NCBI GenBank assembly: GCA_963662285.2
Contig: CAXXMV010000001.1
Location: forward strand, 992,001-1,056,000
Direction of reading: 5' to 3'
DNA length: 64,000 nt
Source of the DNA: a bacterium
Lineage (GTDB): Bacteria > Hinthialibacterota > Hinthialibacteria > Hinthialibacterales > Hinthialibacteraceae
In this document: piece by piece, positions 61,528 through 64,000 of the stretch
Position numbering within the stretch: position 1 is the stretch's first letter
Layout: every line of letters starts with the position of its first letter
Made by a program: the position numbers and the translations under genes
The notes under the pieces: generated by a model
What the model saw: the letters and a program-made list of their open reading frames with translations, nothing else
Told to the model about the DNA's origin: nothing
Database searches by the model: none

Positions 61528-62334
61528 TTACTTAAACAACTCATCCATGGGCCATGGATTCATAATAGCGTAATCATAGATGCGAGTTTTACCTGTAAGT
61601 CTAACAGCTTCAATTGTTTGCACTTTATAACGTTCTTGGTTAAGTTCGGATGGCGGATCAACCCATTTCATTTTGCTGGTACTGAAAGCGCCGATATTTT
61701 TAATATAATCGCCATTTTCGCCATTTATCATGAATATCTCGCTATCACGAGCCAAATGAATCACTGGAGCAATTTGGTTCGATAGCGTTTGCTGCTCTTT
61801 TCCATCAAAATAAACTTTGGCGATTGCTCCACGGGCATTAAACTCGACATAAAAAATTTGCGCGTGATCATCTAATCCCGGGATAAAGCCATCCACATCC
61901 GCAACCATGACTCCATCAGGTAAAGTCTGTGGATCGTTTAATGGATTCGCATTGAAAATATCCGTACTATTACCCTTACATAAGGCCTTAACTTCATAAG
62001 GATACTCCTCGCAAACTTTACCTTCGATCCAGATTTGAGCTGGCTCGGTGCGTGATCCGGATAAAGTATTTGGAAGACCATCCAGATGCCCCGAATCGAT
62101 TACCACCCGGCGATTTTTCCGCATTGCAATCGCGCTTTGCCGGGCTTGTTTGAAACTTGAATTCAACATTTGAATCCCGGCATCCACCCGGCTGCTAGCC
62201 ACCTGCGTCATGTAACTCATCGTCCCAAAGCCAGCCAGAATGCCGATAATCCCGATAACCATCAGCATCTCAAGCATAGAAAAACCGGCCTGTCTTGAAC
62301 GACGATCATTAACGTTAATTTTATTAACTTTCAT
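61528..62334 (-). CDS. GspH/FimT-like minor pseudopilin
   Basis: G|FSMLEMLMV, ARQSAI, LPDGV, FNARG and LTG motifs. Confidence 0.82.
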   Translation of the reverse strand: MKVNKINVNDRRSRQAGFSMLEMLMVIGIIGILAGFGTMSYMTQVASSRVDAGIQMLNSSFKQARQSAIAMRKNRRVVIDSGHLDGLPNTLSGSRTEPAQIWIEGKVCEEYPYEVKALCKGNSTDIFNANPLNDPQTLPDGVMVADVDGFIPGLDDHAQIFYVEFNARGAIAKVYFDGKEQQTLSNQIAPVIHLARDSEIFMINGENGDYIKNIGAFSTSKMKWVDPPSELNQERYKVQTIEAVRLTGKTRIYDYAIMNPWPMDELFK

Positions 62335-62885
62335 GGTATCAGACCCTTATATATATCTTCAAGATAAAACTCCAGCCAGATCACAGCCTGAATCTTATCT
62401 CATCAAACTTAACAATATCACGCATCTGAACTTTGGGTCAGATAAATCTTTTGGCTTCCCTAAGCCATCCCTGCGTCAATTCCGTCCCTCGTGACCCATC
62501 ACACTAACAAATCAACTTAAAAATTGGAAATATATGGAATGCACATTATATCTATTGAATGGAAGCCCCATAGGGTTGAACCGCATCATCGGTTTATTCC
62601 ATTCAAAATTCAAATTGACTGGGGAAATGAGCGTCCCCTTTATTCAGCCCCAAAAACAAAAATAAATCATTGCATATCAGATATTTACTAAGCTTCGGTT
62701 GTTCCACCACTCTAAACTATATCATGCACCTTCAAAACCATCAAATTAAATGTAACGTTTTTTGTAATTTAAATTGTGGGTCATGCGTTACACCTATATT
62801 TCTTATTGAACATTATTTCAATAAGAAATATTCAAATTTACATTTGATAGGTTACATAATATTCTTCATTCATGCAGAAAATACT

Positions 62886-64000
62886 CTAAATATCTATTTT
62901 CACATCAGCAGCAGGTTCGCCGCCTCGTAAATCAAAACGTAGAAATGCGCTTATAAAATCATCTAATTCGCCATCCATCACCGGCTGAACATCGCCGCGC
63001 TCAAAGCCGGTGCGATGATCTTTAATCATGTTATAGGGGTGAAATACATAAGAGCGGATCTGGTTGCCCCAGGCAATATCACGTTTTTCTCCGGACAGTT
63101 CTTCAACTCTTTCGGCATGTTCGGTCTGCATCATTTGAAACAACCGGGAAGTTAGTATCTTCATAGCAGTCATACGGTTTTGTCGTTGAGACCGTTCATT
63201 TTGACATGAAACCACTATCCTGGTTGGCAGGTGAGTTATACGGATAGCAGAATCGGTAGTGTTGACATGCTGACCGCCTTTACCTGAAGCACGAAAGGTA
63301 TCGATGCGAAGGTCTTTTTCATCAATGTCCACATCTATGCTGTCATCAATCACAGGCATTACATGAACCGCAGCGAACGAGGTATGACGCCGGGAATTCG
63401 AGTCGAATGGAGAAATTCTCACCAAGCGGTGGATGCCATTCTCTGCATGAATATACCCATAAGCGTAACTGCCTTTAACCATAATAGTTACGTTTTTTAA
63501 GCCCGCTTCATCGCCTTCCTGATAATCCACAACATCCGCTTCCCAACCCTGGCGTTCGATATACCTCATGTACATGCGAAACAGCATGGCGGCCCAATCA
63601 CATGATTCGGTTCCACCAGCGCCGGGATGAATATTTAGAAAACAGTCGCCAGAATCAAAATCACCACTGAGAGTACAATGGATTTCAAATTTATCAAATT
63701 CTGTCTTGATATCGGAAAGTTCTTCGGAGAATTCTTCTTCATGAGAAGAGTCATTTTCTTCCTGGACCATCTCAAGCATAATTTCCAGATCAGATATGCG
63801 AGATTCAAGAGAACCATAATTATCGACAATATCTTTAAGTATCTTGATCTGTTTGCCATGTTCCTGTGCAACTTTGGGATTATCCCAAAAGCCGGAAGCG
63901 TTCATCTCTTCTTCAAGTCGGGAAATAACGGCTTGTTTGGCGCCTACGTCAAAGATGGCCTCCCAACTCTTCGAGACGTTCATGCATGGAGCTCAACTCC
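62886..64000 (-). CDS. prfB: Peptide chain release factor 2; 5' end outside window; programmed +1 frameshift
   Basis: SPF and GGQ motifs. Upstream frame ..ELSSMHERLEELGGHL ends at CTT TGA C. Confidence 0.97.
63948..63964 (-). promoter_or_regulatory. prfB +1 programmed ribosomal frameshift site
   Basis: Minus strand GGGAGGCCATCTTTGAC: internal Shine-Dalgarno followed by the slippery CTT-TGA-C. Confidence 0.93.

Noticed and set aside
3508-63871. Many short antisense or overlapping ORFs in the track
   Set aside because: They overlap well-supported genes and show no recognisable motifs.
62886-64000. Stop-codon reassignment suggested by the in-frame TGA in prfB
   Set aside because: It is the standard RF2 frameshift site, and TGA ends other genes here normally.
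1-64000. tRNA, rRNA, prophage or defence systems
   Set aside because: None recognised by eye; tRNAscan-SE, Infernal and DefenseFinder were not run.

Overview
Bacterial chromosomal window from a diderm (BamA, Skp) that also carries mcsA-mcsB-clpC. The pilin style (GFTLIELLIVVAIIGILAAIAVPNF) and C-terminal W-x-x-aromatic tails suggest a Sumerlaeota/Hinthialibacterota-like lineage (inference from recall, not a database result). Most of the window is housekeeping: skp-bamA-clpC-mcsB-mcsA-ilvE, dxs-ispA-xseBA-ymdB, rpmH-rnpA-yidD-yidC-khpB, rel, glnA, der-plsY-hisA, sbcC, and prfB with its +1 frameshift. Notable items: (1) an ~11.6 kb cassette of four minor (pseudo)pilins in H-I-J-K order, three carrying many DxDxDGxxDE repeats and the last a 2129-aa GspK/PilX-like protein with a dispersed lamin-tail motif set; (2) a His/CxxC leader ending in RAPP upstream of a His-rich beta-propeller and a CxxC-containing pilin; (3) a shared candidate C-terminal sorting signal; (4) a small accessory block with serine hydrolases, a diguanylate cyclase, a deletion-riddled paralog and an IS200; (5) a MITE, sigma54 signals, an RGG-repeat KhpB tail and two single-base frameshifts (bamA, clpC) that are probably assembly errors. 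All calls are made by eye from the sequence and ORF track.
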